NCBI GenBank assembly: GCA_977030845.1
Contig: OZ365110.1
Coordinates: forward strand, 17,856,001 to 17,920,000
Direction: 5' to 3'
DNA: 64,000 nt
From: Fimbriosthenelais zetlandica
Lineage: Eukaryota
In this document: piece after piece, positions 37,945 through 51,910 of the stretch
Position numbering within the stretch: position 1 is the first letter of the stretch
Layout of the letters: every line of letters starts with the position of its first letter
Program-made: the position numbers and the translations under genes
Notes under the pieces: model-generated
What the model was told of the DNA's origin: nothing
Databases searched by the model: none
What the model saw: only the letters and a program-made list of their open reading frames with translations

Positions 37945-40900
37945 ATGCCAATCGCAAAGGTGCCAATCGTTCATAAATTTGGGATCATATCTCACAGTCA
38001 ACGACTTGAACTCCAAGAGCGATTGCTGAAGCAGTCTTACATCCGAACACTTGAAGCCAGAAAGACTATTACAAATCCAAGGTAAGCATATAACGAAGCT
38101 GATTCCAACTGAAAATTATATACATTGCTGTTAAAAAGAAGCTGAATTTATTAATAATGAATACGCCACATACCATACCAAGTTACCATAGTCTAGAATA
38201 TCAGTAACTTTACTTCAATCTTTATAATATTTCATTTAGAAATCCACTTGAAGTAACCGAAGAATTCGTTCAAGAATTTAACAATGTACCAAACTTGGAA
38301 GAACAGGAGAAGAAGGAAGCACTGGCCCGTAAAATGATAGAAAGAATAAAAGTGAGTTTAATTTTAGCATTTCTATGGGACAAGCTACTAACAAGTAACA
38401 GTACTATTTCAACATAATTATTAGTTCAAACTAGCAAACACAATATTGAATAGGCATTTTTCCTACGAATTTATAATAAATTATTGGATTTATATCTAAA
38501 AGATCTGCCATATGAAGCCCGGCTTAAGACACTGGATTTCCCTAGCAGTAACTGTCACCTTGATGAACAGCTTTAAATTGTTTCTTTAATTGTTTCTCTT
38601 GTTTCAGCGTCGAGCTGGTTTGAAAATTGGAGGTTCTGGCGCACATGTTGATCTTCCCATAGCATGGACAGAGCTTGCTCAGCTCGCACAATGCAAAGGC
38701 CCAATACAGGAAGGTAAATTACATAGAAAGAATCTATCGTCGACGTACATAAATTTTGAGTATTTTCATCGATTATGTTTATATCACGGATGATATTAAT
38801 TTATTGTCATGAAATTGTTTTACATTTGTTTCAAGCTAGTGTAGGACCTAGCGGTAATGAAGTTATATTTTTGTCTTTCACTTCAGAATGTCTTGACATC
38901 CTCATAACTTCACTGGATCAGGCCCCTTTAGAAAAGAACCACACTCCAGCTCTCTTCTATCTGGCAGAAACCACTCTCTATTGGCTGCGGACGGAGGCCA
39001 TTCACCAGCCCTATCTCCGGACCGGAGAACTCAAACTTCTACGGATGGGTCAACTTGTTTTCACACATTTGTTCTACCACCATATGGCAGGCCAGCTCCA
39101 GGGGCAGCACGATTTTAAGAATAGGCTTTTCACTTACCTAGATGGTGAGTACTGTACACTTAACTTATTTTCGTGGGAATAATTTTGTGTAAATTTGCTA
39201 ATGGTATAAGTTCTGAATCGTGTCGGTTACACACGACTTGTCCCATTCCATATACACTATATTCATGCCTGTATACATGGGTTTAATTTCTCGGGATTTC
39301 TAAATTTTTCAGGATTCGGTGAGTGTCAAGAGGCGTACGCCCCTTATCCAAATGCCCTACTCTCACTTCGATACATAAATGAAGTGGGAAAAATGATAAT
39401 TGGTGACTTCAACACAGAAGCCGGGGAAATCAAGGATGGTGACTCTCACTCTCATGCTGCCAAGGAGCGGGCGCCTACGGAGAAAACAGATTCAGAGGAT
39501 TGTGATGTAAGTTTTCCTAGAGATTACCATACGATCAAAGAATTTTGCTTTCAACAAAAGTAACATTTTCCCCTCGTTTTATGAATAATGATTCTTTTTA
39601 AACTAACTGCATAATCCATACGATATTTATTTTATTTGACAATTTGTTATTTGTTTAATATGGTATGTAGCATTGTATAAAGTTTAAGTATTACTAGTAC
39701 ATGACATACATATACACATGTATATATATACATGTACTAAATGTACTTAGATGGTGCGTATGTATTCTACAGGAGAATTTCATACAATATAATATATGCG
39801 CCACTTGGAAATCATATGTACTGGTCCGTTTTCTGCATGTAACTTAAATATTAACTCAGGGTAGAACACTACAAGTATAAATTGAATGTGGCATGTTATT
39901 TAGTATGCAGAAAAAACAGCAATGGATCTTGTCAATGAGCGGTCCTGCTCAAGGCAGTTAATGATGAAGAGGGTAAGGGGCGTGCTAGTGGCTTGTAAAC
40001 CTAGCTGCCGTGTCACTAACGGAATTAACCCCTGCTTGTGATCATTTTACTGTAAGAATAATAAAGTAGCAGTTCCTAAAGTATCAGCCTATCCAGTAAA
40101 ATATACGAAAATTACATCGTATTTATTTTTAGAACAAATAACAGCCTCCCCCACCTCCTACCGCGATATCAAATGCTTTGTAGGAAAACATAAAAATATG
40201 CGTTAATGTAGTATAATGACCTTTTAAAAGTAGGAGTAGGTGTTAGATATTAGTAATTATAACAACAAACATTATATATTCCTTTGAGATAACCGATGAT
40301 AAATTCAGGAAAACAAGTTGATGAAGAAGAAGTATGTAGCCTACATAATGGATGGTGTCTTAAACACGCCTTTAAAATATAATTGTTTTTTATGAGTCCT
40401 TCAAGTTCTGGTTGTTACTATTATATACTATAGACGAGTCTATTTAATTGTTTTGCTCTAATTGATTTACAGCTCTTTCACGAGGTCTCCGCCCAGTTTG
40501 AGAGTACAGGATCCTCTCAGAGTGGAGCTATTAGTAGCAGTGTTCACGACCTTAGCCCCACACTCTGGCATGCCCTAGACGTCTGGCGATGCGTGACCAA
40601 GAAATGTGACAGCCTCCCCTCAGCCCTTAGGTCGTTAGGCAACTGTGCCATGGGATTAGCATCAGAAAGCTGGTATTTTGATATGTCGAGTATTCTCCCC
40701 TGCAGTCAATTTACTGATTTATAGATTAATTTTACCACTTTTACCAATTAGCATATTATATAGTAGATAGACTGAAGAGTTCATTTTCCGATGTTACATT
40801 TTCAGGATAGATGGGATCGGTGCGATGTTGATTCTGGCAGATTCGGCCAAGATAAATAATAACGCTCTGAAAACAATGCAAAATCTTGCGCGGGGAGTGA

Positions 40901-43418
40901 GGCCACCTCCTAGAAATGCTTCCGCCATCACCTCTGTGAGGACCACTGAAGGTAACTTAATTAAATCTTGATTCGTTATGAAATTAACAAAAGATTAATT
41001 CACATTGATACTTTATACGTTTTCACTTTCATTACGTTTGCGTTCTATATAGATGTATTAATTACTGTTAATTAATATTTAAGTATAAATTTTCTAACTT
41101 TGTTTTCAGATAGTGTTCCGCTAAGCTCAAGAACAGTGGGAGAAATTCAAGAATCAAGCTCTGAAGTTAATAAACTAGCCCTGAGTGACATCTATGAGAA
41201 AACTGAGGAGAATTTCACTACCACTGACACGGACCAAGGACGCTCTTCCATGCTCACAGAAGGCCAGAGAAAAGAAATTCTGAAACCGAAAGAATCTACC
41301 TCACTGAGTGAGGAAGACAAAGGTATTAATCCAACAGGGCCCACTTCTACCATTACACCTGGTGCTGCCGATGCGGAGATGGTACAAAGTAACACACCTG
41401 GGTACGACCCTGTGCCCAACACAGCCTGGGCAGCAGAGGCGGGGACAGACTTACCAAGTGGACGGGCCTCAGAAGCCAGTAGTGTTCCAACCTACAGCAA
41501 TCAAGTGGTGAGTATATCGGATAACAAATTTCAAAATCCAAGGCTATATAATATTTTTGTAAAGCCTTAATTTAAAGTGGTGTGAGTTGCTGCTCAGATT
41601 CATAGCTATCATTGTTGAATCAAACAGAAAATCAAGCCAATCTGTTCTGGAGCCTGAATTTCTCCTGCAAATTAACACTTTTATAAAGACATTTTGAAAA
41701 TAAAAAAGTTTTATTTTAATTATTGAAATATTGAATTCATTTGAATAATGAATAAATCGTCTATTTCTGTCCATAGTTTCCTGAGGTACCTGGCATTCAC
41801 GGCTGGCATTGGGAAGTGGCCGTCGCCTACATTGATGCCTTGTCTGACATTTGTCTTCATGGTAGCACGTCAACAATACAGAAAACTGCCCTCCTTGGTC
41901 ACAATAAGTCTGTGGAAGACAGGTATCGCCAGGCAATGATTCCGCAATGCCCCTTACCCAGCGCAGGTCTACTGGACCTCGCCTACTTCCACGCCAAACA
42001 AGAATCCCATGACCAAGGTGTGCTATATTATTATTATTATTGATCTGTTCTGTAATTATGACTTTATTGCATGAAAAAAAATCGGGCCAGTGATTCCTTC
42101 TAACGAAAGCAGAGAGAAAATATTTTAAAAACTTTTACATGTAAATACATTTTTAAAGTACTACCTATAACAAGATGACTCATTTTCGCTTGATATAATT
42201 ATAACTATAAATAAATTCATTAACCGAAATATTTCGGTGTTAATCTCATGTGTCGGAATATTGATTTTCAGGTCCTAATGACTGGAGTTGGAGGGTACGT
42301 TATAGTGCCATTCAGGGTCTGGTGAAGATCTGCCGCTGCTGTGCTAACGACAGCAATAAAGATGGCATGAGGACAGTGGCTTGGAACACGCTACTCAAAG
42401 CTAACTCTACCGAGAAAGATACCAGGGTGCTGGAGGCTTTAAAAGTGGGACAGGTAATATACATTTACTAAATTAATTTAATAAATTAATTTTGAATCAT
42501 ATTGCTTGTATGCCTGGTTCAAAGAATGCTTTTGAGTCGCCAGAGATTTTCTTGTTTTTTTAAAAGGAAAGTGACTTAAATTATTTGGAAATTACGGTAG
42601 ATTTGTGGTACATTTTCTAATCACGTGTACCCTGTACACATTCCAGACTATTCACTTAATTCTAATTTTTTTTTTTTAAATTTAAGGTGGATGCCAACAT
42701 AGAGAACCTTATCCAGTCGCACCTTGTCGTTCTGCCCAACACCATTGGAGCCAAGATGGCATCAGGTCTGTCCGCTCTCTACCTTCCCGCCCTGCCTCCT
42801 CCTGTTCAAGCCTCAACTTCTGGAAGACCGTGGGAGAAAAACAAGGTAAAAAAGGTGATTAACCACCCTACAAGTCGGAAAGCAATGAGGACGACACTGG
42901 GAGAGGAGATCCTGCTGGCTACTGCTCTCTATGAACCACAGGCTACTTTCAACACCAGGACAAACTTTGATCTCAAGAGAATAGTTGAGGACCAGGTAAA
43001 TTAATCCTTTCCATGGGATTATGGCTAGTATTGTCAATCTTTCTGTCTATAAAATAATGGATTTATTTTTCTTGAAATTTTGCTTGGAGATTTATGACCA
43101 GATAAATTTCCCTCATGAGTAACTTCGTTATTATAATAATTGTAATACTGGTATATAACCTCACTGGTCCAAAATCTGTATTGCACCAGCAGACATTTTA
43201 TCATGAGTTATTTTGTTTCCTTCTAGTGGAGAAAAGACCTGCAGCAGGAATTGGAGGAGGAGGAAGAAGAAAAACAAAAAGAGCTGAAGAAGAAGCAGAA
43301 AGAAGAGGAAGAGGAGCGGAAGCGCATAGAGGAAGATCGTGCAGAGAAACTGGGGAAGAAAAATATGGGAACCGCTTATCAGTACAAAACACCCAGCGGT
43401 CATATGCTTCATTCATAA
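37945..43418 (+). CDS. TMEM232: Transmembrane protein 232-like (sperm/cilia-associated), 824 aa
   Basis: Exons 37945-38081, 38240-38351, 38608-38713, 38887-39144, 39313-39506, 40473-40672, 40806-40951, 41110-41507, 41777-42017, 42272-42453, 42687-42995, 43227-43418 (2475 nt). [30 protein letters not shown] and PALFYLAET match the TMEM232 N-terminus as I recall it. Confidence 0.87.
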
Positions 43419-44280
43419 AGAAATGACAATTCACGAAGTACATTTTAATTATAGCAAAAGTTATTCAACTCGATGACAGTTCTGTGATAGTATAACCACT
43501 TGAAGTTTTGTGTTATTTGCATGGACGATAATTCTACATGTAATATATATATATATACCTATGCAATAATTATTTAATGCCAAAGTGTATACCTAAAAGT
43601 ATTTAATGGTTTGCAGTAGTTGCGTGTGGTGTTTAATCTATAGTGAACAAGATATATTATTTATGATTTTGATTTGTGCAAAAAGATTATATTTTGCGAG
43701 GAAAGCAAGCGAATAAATTTGAGGAAGCATCAATGCAGCCGCTCTAAAGCCAAATCCACAATGCATGTGTGTAGTTCTTTTCATTTACACTAGGTGTCAG
43801 TAGTAGGCTAGCTATAGCTTTGGGACTAAATCAGAATGACAAACTTGATTTAATAGCTATATGCCTAGTACAGTTTCAACGTAATTTTTTCCCACGCAAT
43901 TTGGTGTAGATTGTAATATACCAGTACCCTAATGTAAAAATATATCATTCAATTTATTAATTTAGATTCTCGCATTGAAATTCCTGGCCAATTCATTGGT
44001 GCATATTAGGGCGCATGGAAATCAGAAATGAAATTAATCTTTTTTCGTATATATCTAATTTGTACTTACGTACTTACCTTTACGTGATCTTTAATACGTG
44101 AAATCCCTCCTCCTATAATTTTATTATTTTCGTCCTTTAGGGCCACCGTGATGAAAGACCCCACAGGCGTGGAAACTAGGCCACCAAACTGGGCCATCTG
44201 CTTGCTTTGTCGATACCACGTGACCAGACCTGGCGCTCCCCTTTGGTTGATACTGAGGAAAGTCATGGGAGTACGAAGTC

Positions 44281-44350
44281 ATGGCTGATAGTTGTCTCCT
44301 AGTTTATATCACGCTTTTTGGATATATAATCACCAGTACAGTTCATGCAG
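44281..44350 (+). CDS. First coding exon (signal peptide) of an unidentified secreted or membrane protein; rest of gene not found in the window
   Basis: gtcATGg Kozak context, MADSCLLVYITLFGYIITSTVHA (hydrophobic core plus V-x-A cleavage motif), then a phase-1 donor CAG|GTAAGG at 44350/44351. Confidence 0.6.
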
Positions 44351-47300
44351 GTAAGGATAATGTTTTTTCACTTATACTTTACATGTATCGACTTTGTTTA
44401 AGCTTCTTTTCCGTGTTTTCCTACTGAAAACTGTGTCTGAAATCGCACCTACCGAGACTACCTTATCATAAACACAGACGCATGGTCTGGGTCGGGCTCC
44501 AGCAGGCAGCGGGGCTGTGAATGGGGGAGGAGGGTTCATGATGGGGGAGACGACTGGTATGAAAAAGCGGGAGGTATAAATCTTACTAGCTTCTTGTAAC
44601 GTATGTAACGTAACACTGGGTATGTGGTTTTAGTTAGTCGTGGTGAGCTTTAACTATTTCACTATGCCATTGCTTCCTTGCTAAACCATTCCATGTTCAC
44701 CCTATCCAGGGCCAGGCTAAGTTCCTCACTGCATGGATGTGGGGTGAATGAATCCTTTGTGCCCTCATGTCATCATTGCGGGAGTTCCAGCAGGTCCCTT
44801 GTTTCCTCCCATTGTACGAGAGATTCTTCATTTCTTTTTAAGTCAATGTCTGTTTGGAAATTTGGGACTTGATAAATTGGTGAAGAGTTTGAAAGTATAT
44901 CTTAGGACTCTTGATGGTGTGTCAAAAGGTTCCCTAGCCCTGCAGTGCAGCAGGTCTCTGAACAGGTGGCCTTTCAGCAGAGGGCACGCCCCCTCAACTT
45001 CGCCAGATGGGATTTAGAAGTGCTGGAGGACATAGGCCTTTGAAAATTGGGCAGAACAGAAGAGATTTATTGGTAAAACCCCTATATTCTTCATATCCTT
45101 GCAAAACAGGATTTTTCCGAGCCCAGCAAGAGTTCTATGGTGATGCTCTTACAGCTGGTGCTTTGATAGTGATTGCCTATGTTAGACTTGGAGTTGGAGT
45201 GTAGAAGTTAGACTCCAGAGATTTCGATCACAATTTTGACCATCAAAGTCTTCGTATTCAAACCTAGACTAGATATAATGAATGTATCAGCAATCAAATC
45301 AAGTGCTTGTTGTGACAGCAAGCATGGCAGTTTCAATGGCGTTTTGCCCCCGTCGATTAAATCTAATGCTAGTTGGTAGACCATGACTCATGCCCCAGTA
45401 ATTTGGTTGAGTGGGGGTCTGTAATACGATCTGTTGAATGATGTCTATGTTTAAAATTTATTTCTTCAGCGTTATGTCTGAAAGGCTGAATGCATCATGT
45501 GAAAATATAGCCAAATCCTAGATAAGAGAAAAATTTAAAATTGACATGTTATTTTGTAGATCTTCTCCCTTTGCCTACCATACTATTTGTAAAACCTAGG
45601 TCTATATTTGGGCCTACACTTTGGTCTCTTTTATGAGAGAAATTTAATCCTAATCACTAAATCAGCATGAAATCCCTACTCACGAGTGTGATCTTAAACT
45701 TGTACCACATATCAGTAGACAGGCTGTGGTCGGAGCATTGGAGGATATAGTCCTACCACTAGGCTGAGGAGTTTTCCACTCATTGAAAGTTTGGGATAAT
45801 CCTCTAACAATCACTAAGTCCCTTGGGCTTTGATGACTTGAGCTTCTTTATCTGGCTCGAATAAAGATGTTTCATCTCCGGATTAGGGTTCTGTTCTAGG
45901 CCCTATATACATTTAAATTTTCAAAATTCCCCAATTTTGGCTAGAGGGAATAGCAATAAAATCAAATTGAAAATTTGTCCTTTGTATATACATATTTTTA
46001 TAGTATAGGCACTAGTTAGGGGATTCTAATGTAGGCTAACTTTACTGTATGCAACTATGTAGACTAGTACTAGTAGCCTACTACTGAAGGTGATGTTTTG
46101 GTGAAACTTATTTCCCCCTCTTTAGTAGACCACGGTAGCTCACACAGGTTGAAACGAAGGCAAAAAGAAGCACAGGATGGATGACATGTCCCTTTCAAGA
46201 TGCCAAAGGGATGCACACATGTTCGGAATGTCATCACCTCCCAGTCTACCGCCTAGTATGCCAGGCAGATTGTATCCCATGTCATAATGTACACACTGTC
46301 ATAAACCGCTAGGCATTGATATGTCACAGCCATGTTTACTTTTCCCCCTCCCAACCATAGCCTATCAGATCCTGCCAAGACCAGAAGCCCAGGAGGAGTG
46401 GAGACTCCCGAGAGGGGAGACAGGGCAACATTAGCTCAAACGTCCTCTTATGTGTACTTCTGCTTGACTGGTTCAATGAGCAGGCCTTCTATTCCATCCT
46501 CTCTGGTTTCCTTCAATCCTAGCCCCCATCTCTCCACTTTCCTTCCATCTCTCAACCCCCCTTTCACTCTGCCCTCATTGGCTCTGCTGGTAGGAAAGAT
46601 GCCCTTTGTATGGGTAAATGGATGGGGGCGCATAACGGGGTGAAATCGGCCATGTTATATTCGTAAGGATTGCGCTAAAGGTGCTGTAAATATGAGGATG
46701 GAAATATTTATGGTCCGTTCACATTTGAAACTAAACTCTTTCAGTGATGAAAGCCCCCGACCATTAGGATTGAAACATTTCCCCGTTAGGTTTGTAGTGT
46801 ATGCTAATGACACTTTCCAAATAATTAAACACTGCCATATTTTCTTCAACTCAGTGCTCACCATATCTGCTTTAAAAGATTGTTGGTGTATCGTGTATGC
46901 TGGTTTTGAAACAATTTTAACGGCTTTCTGACTTCTTTTCTTCCGATGAAGATGGCCTAAGTCGCTGACATTGCATTAGATCGCCATTCATTGTTTGATA
47001 CACAAATCCTGTGAATCATATTGCCTGCAGTAGAATCCTTTCTACATTCATTTACTAACAAAAATTGTCTTTTTCCATATTGGACATATTGTGGCTGCTT
47101 TTAGTGCCAGAACCCCATAGTGTGCAGCCTAGTAGTACCTCAGCACGACTAGTGTACTTGCGCCTCATGTGGCCATTGTGAAGTAAGAGTATTGTGCTGA
47201 ACTCGTTCCATGATACTTGTGTTTGGAACACCTGTGTGACCATTTAAGTTGATTACCTGCCCACCAGTTTCCCTCCCCCACTGCTCACCTCATCAAGCTT

Positions 47301-48379
47301 ATCTCAAGTCCATATGAAGCTGTGTACGACCCTCCATCTTGGATCAAACATACCCAGTGGGAGGCGTCTCTGTTTGATATTCGGTTCATATAGAGTTTTT
47401 AATGTGAATTCCAGTCCAGTGTCCCTGGCTACTTGGCATGTCCAATATCCGGACACCTGACGGTGACCTCTTCACTTTTTCATTACAATTTGTGATTCTC
47501 TTGCAATTTTAAGAATTCGGTCGAGGGATTCTTGGGAACGAGGTCAATATCAATAGTATCTGAAGTGTTGGGTTTTCCCTGTCATGTTTCCCATTCTCTA
47601 CACTGGTCCTTTCTAATTTAATACATACGGTACTCATAATATGGTGCCAAGAACCGAGTTCACAATATGAAATTATGAATAGTACATCATAATCTTTACT
47701 AATTATTTAAAGTGATAGAACTAGGGAGTGTTTAATGGTCTAAGGAATTCCTGTCCAATTCTCTCCCCTGGTTCCTAATGAAAGAAAGGGAAAATATTTA
47801 ATACTAGAAATGAATGGTAAATCACCTTTCTTGTGTCATTGTTCAAGAAACATAATGGGCCAGCTGAATATAAATTTTATTACTGGGATAATTGCCTTGT
47901 GTTCACCGATCAGGTGACAACCTCTATTTTATGAGACATCCAATTTATGAGGTATCCAAGTTACTATTTGATGGTTCCATGAGCAATAAAACTTTGTATG
48001 ATTATGGTAACCAACTGAATCAGTGATGGCTACTGACAGGTTTGGTGATGATGCTTTAATTCAGACCACAGGCACAAACTTCCAGGGCTGCAATTCCTGA
48101 AACAATTTCTAATTCAATGACCATGCCATTTGCCATACCAATGTGATCACAAGCCTTTTACAGCTGCTTTCTATGCCATGAAGCTCATTTGATCAGTACA
48201 TTTAAATTGCGCATTAAGATTCCTCATGAACTATTTTGGGGTCTCCGTAGACTTTGCCTTCTCCAAACACAATTTCCATTTATCCAACTGGCAATAGTAG
48301 TATACATACACATTGTCGTACATCTCAAGTAGCATGTAGCATAATGGAAAACTCGCATACAATACATTAATGTTCATAT

Positions 48380-48505
48380 AGTTGTTATGGTTTGGCTCCA
48401 TGTCTATAGTTGTTGTGGTTAGGACCTCAACTATCCTGACAGGAGAACGTGTTAGCACTGTCACATTGGAGAAAGTCCAGACTAGAGCCACCCTGCTGAG
48501 TCCTA
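48380..48505 (+). mobile_element. CR1-type RT C-terminal fragment
   Basis: LEKVQTRAT (48466-48492) resembles the conserved CR1 LEKVQRRAT motif. Confidence 0.45.
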
Positions 48506-51329
48506 AATAGAGATGTTGTATTGGCCACTTGTAGCAAGTTTTACATGCATGGTCCAACTCACCTCATCTCTATGTCAGCCATGCTTCAACAAGACTCGCG
48601 TTAATGCCTCGTGATTTTTGGAGCATACCTTAAACCTTATTTTATTGCCTCACTAGAGGAGCTAGCATGGCTCGTGTATACATGTATAAAATTATCATGG
48701 AAATTAAGCGTATGACTCAGGATTGTATATTATACACTTAGTGCTCGTCCATGCATGAAATTGCTGTCTTAAACTGACAGGTCTTGTTGGGAAATGAAGG
48801 TATACATTTCCCTATGTTGTAATTTCATACTGTACCATTTGACAATTTTAATGGATCTAAATTACATAATTGAAGAAAAATGTTTTTCCTTGTCAGTATC
48901 TGAATTTCTCAAAGAATTGGGACCTCTCAGTGGAATTAGTTTTACCATTGAAGTATGTCTTCTCAGATTGGTAGAAACATACAGTCCTGAGTATAGTACC
49001 CCAGTTTCTCATTATCAGTGTGATTGGATGGAGTCCCCATGTTTTACAAGGAAGGATGACTCTTCCTGTGATGGAAATCAATGGGGACAGTAGTGAGTCA
49101 TGGGCCTGATATTAACGTGTTCAGGGCAGGCAATCTCCTTCAAGAGCCAACATTTCCTGATTCCATCACATGTCAAAGAGCTTGGCCTTGTAAGTGGGCA
49201 GTGCATGCCTCCATAGTCACAGAGAATATATACTCTCTCTACATTACATTCTTAAATGTCTGTCTGACTCTTTCATCGTTCTTGGTTGTGATTACTTATT
49301 TCATTCATCAATATATTACTAATATACCTGTTCAATGTATATTACATTTATCCGCTGATATAGACGAAATGTTGGCCCAAATTTCTATTGCCACAATGAC
49401 ATTTCTATTTATTTCTGACTATAATATCTGATGAATAAATCAAAGTAATATAATTCGTTTACAATAATCCGTCATGTTTGTATGGTTAAATGAACAGGAG
49501 CTCAGCAAGGGATTGTCTAACCTGAGTTCTATAATTTGGTGAAATCTTAGCCTCTGATATAGTCATGATTCGGCAAAATCATATTCTTCGGTTTCAAGAC
49601 AGTTAAGTGACCCTGGACAGGGTATAACTATGGGGGATTGCTTCCAACCCCTGTGATTCAGATTGAGGGGTGGATGTAAAGGGTTGGGGGTTGGATGACT
49701 TGTGGCCTGCAGCTGGCGGGGGTGGTAAACACAGGGTGCTGCTTCCAGCTCCTCTCAGCCAGCCCCAGCAAAGCTATGAGCTTCTCACAGGAAGCTTGGC
49801 CCCTCCTAATGTTGCTATTCCTTGAACCAGATACGGAGATAGATCCGAGATGGAAGGAAAGTGGCCCTTGATTATGAAGCGTTTATCATGGGTGAGGGTA
49901 TGAAACAGCTGTCTCCTCCTGAAGTTGTCAGATTGTCAGTCCATAAACTTCTAGATGCACTTATGGACACACAAGGCCTTTGGAATATTAGGAAAATGAA
50001 ATATAGCGGATTTATAACCCAGGACCATATAGACCCCGTAAGCTCCGCCTTACCGCCCCCCCCCCCCCGGCGCAAAATATAAAATAAAAATACAAAGACC
50101 TAATGTGGGGGGTTGAGAAAAGGGTCAAGGGTTGAGTTATAGAACATCTCATCATTCAGTAAATCATGAACATGCATGAAGACTAGTACTGAGCAGCAGC
50201 CAGTACCCTGTAGTTCAAAGGAGCATAGGAGCCCCGTACCAACTCGTTGCCCTATAGATGCGGTACTAAAGTTGCCTTTTCTAATGGAGCGAGAACTAGC
50301 CTGGAGTCAGATATATAGGCTATAATATAGGGCCAGTACCAAGTTAGCTCAGAGGCCTTTGGATCTAACAAAGAGATCGGTGTATTATAACAAATGGGTA
50401 TTTGGAGCAACTCGGAGCTGCTCTGCCCTCCTGCTTGTCTATTGTTCCTTTGGTACTCTAGAGAGTAAGATCCGGTACAGATTCCTACCCCGACCCCCAT
50501 AGACGAGCAACCCCTAAACTTCCTGCCATTGAGCAGACAGTATTTTTTCATATAAAACCTACCCTTGACTCATCTGCTCTATTCGTCGACTACTGCTCTA
50601 AGCTCGATTTCTTTTGTTCATTTTCCATTGATTTTGTTCCAGTAACTATACATGATTGAGGTGTTTCTTATTGAACAGTCTTCGTTTGGTGATACCTATA
50701 AATTACTTGTCAAAATGGTGTGTAGTCGTCTAGAACTTTCCATTACGAAATGGATTTGTGTCCCTCCCTTCGGCAACCATCATATTATGGACTCCTATAA
50801 TCTTTCAAATACTCGGTCTGTAGTTGTAGTTCTTCCAATTGGCAGATGAGAATGCTTTCTCTTGTACATCAATCCCCTGTTTGTAATACGGTACCTCTCA
50901 TAAAGTTGCTTTATAATAGAGTGTTTCTATATTATACGTTCCTGGCGCTCCTCTCACTCACTCTGCTGTATAGAGATGGTTTTTGCTTATCATGGAATCG
51001 AGTGAAGCCCATCTCCATGCAAATCATGAGCCTTGTTGGTCGCCGGTCATTTAAAGTGGCTGTCATTTAGGCGCGAGACAGTACACAGGGAATGAGGCCG
51101 GGATCCAGCTTTTGATCTGGATCGTATCAAGCCTTGATCTGTTCATTAATGCCAGGCTTCCTAACCACTTCACTTGTTACTCACGTCAGTCTGTTCCCAA
51201 AAGCCATAACAGCTTTGTATGTGGTAGACTGGTTGGGAGGGAAGGTAATCATGTTACGTTGGGAATTTTCTCCACGAATATTTTTGACCACATATTTTTC
51301 ATATTTATGTCCGTTTATTAGCTCTGAAG

Positions 51330-51910
51330 GTCTTGTTGAAATATTCACAGCCGTAGTTTATTATTCGGTTCTTAGTTTAAAAATTAACGGTTTAAATGTG
51401 CCTTATATTTCCCTTTAAATGATTTAATAGTCTTCTACAATTGAATCATGTTTTTTTATGACCCAGCAATTCGTCGGTTAGTGTACCACATGGTCGAAGC
51501 TACCAATATTCCGTTACTTTCCAATAAATCCACTTATTTTAAAAATTCACACCCGCGAGGGTCCACATTGTCTTGAATAATGCAACGAAAATTACCCTGG
51601 AATTGCCGTCTAGATTTTGATATATTGGGTCATTTTCCATGTTATGAGTCTGAAGGGGGAATTCTCGCCATCCCTTTATAAGTTGATGGTTTGCCTGGAT
51701 AGGAGAATGTATTTTGAACATGCAACACCCTGGGCACCGTGCCAGTAGCCGACTAGACACCATTTCTTTCTGGGATTCTCTGCTGCCATGCGCAAAACTG
51801 ACACTTTGAGTAGACCTTTCAACTTTTGGCCCAGGCATACCGACCTTCACCACCTTCGATTTGGTTTCCTTGCCAAATAGTGAAGAGTTTTTCACTTTTT
51901 GTATGTGTGG
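51330..51910 (-). mobile_element. Degenerate Gypsy integrase fragment
   Basis: Across frameshifts: KCQFC (zinc-binding), IIQDNVDPRGCEF (resembles ISDNGPQF.S.EF), SNGI and KTIKS. Confidence 0.4.

Noticed and set aside
41192-43443. Minus-strand ORFs at 41192-41422, 43161-43412 and 43201-43443
   Set aside because: Antisense shadows of TMEM232 exons 8 and 12.
44066-44266. Minus-strand 66-aa ORF ending at an AAG|GTAAGT donor-like site
   Set aside because: No recognisable homology and no convincing downstream exon. The plus-strand signal-peptide exon explains the segment better, though this is not formally excluded.
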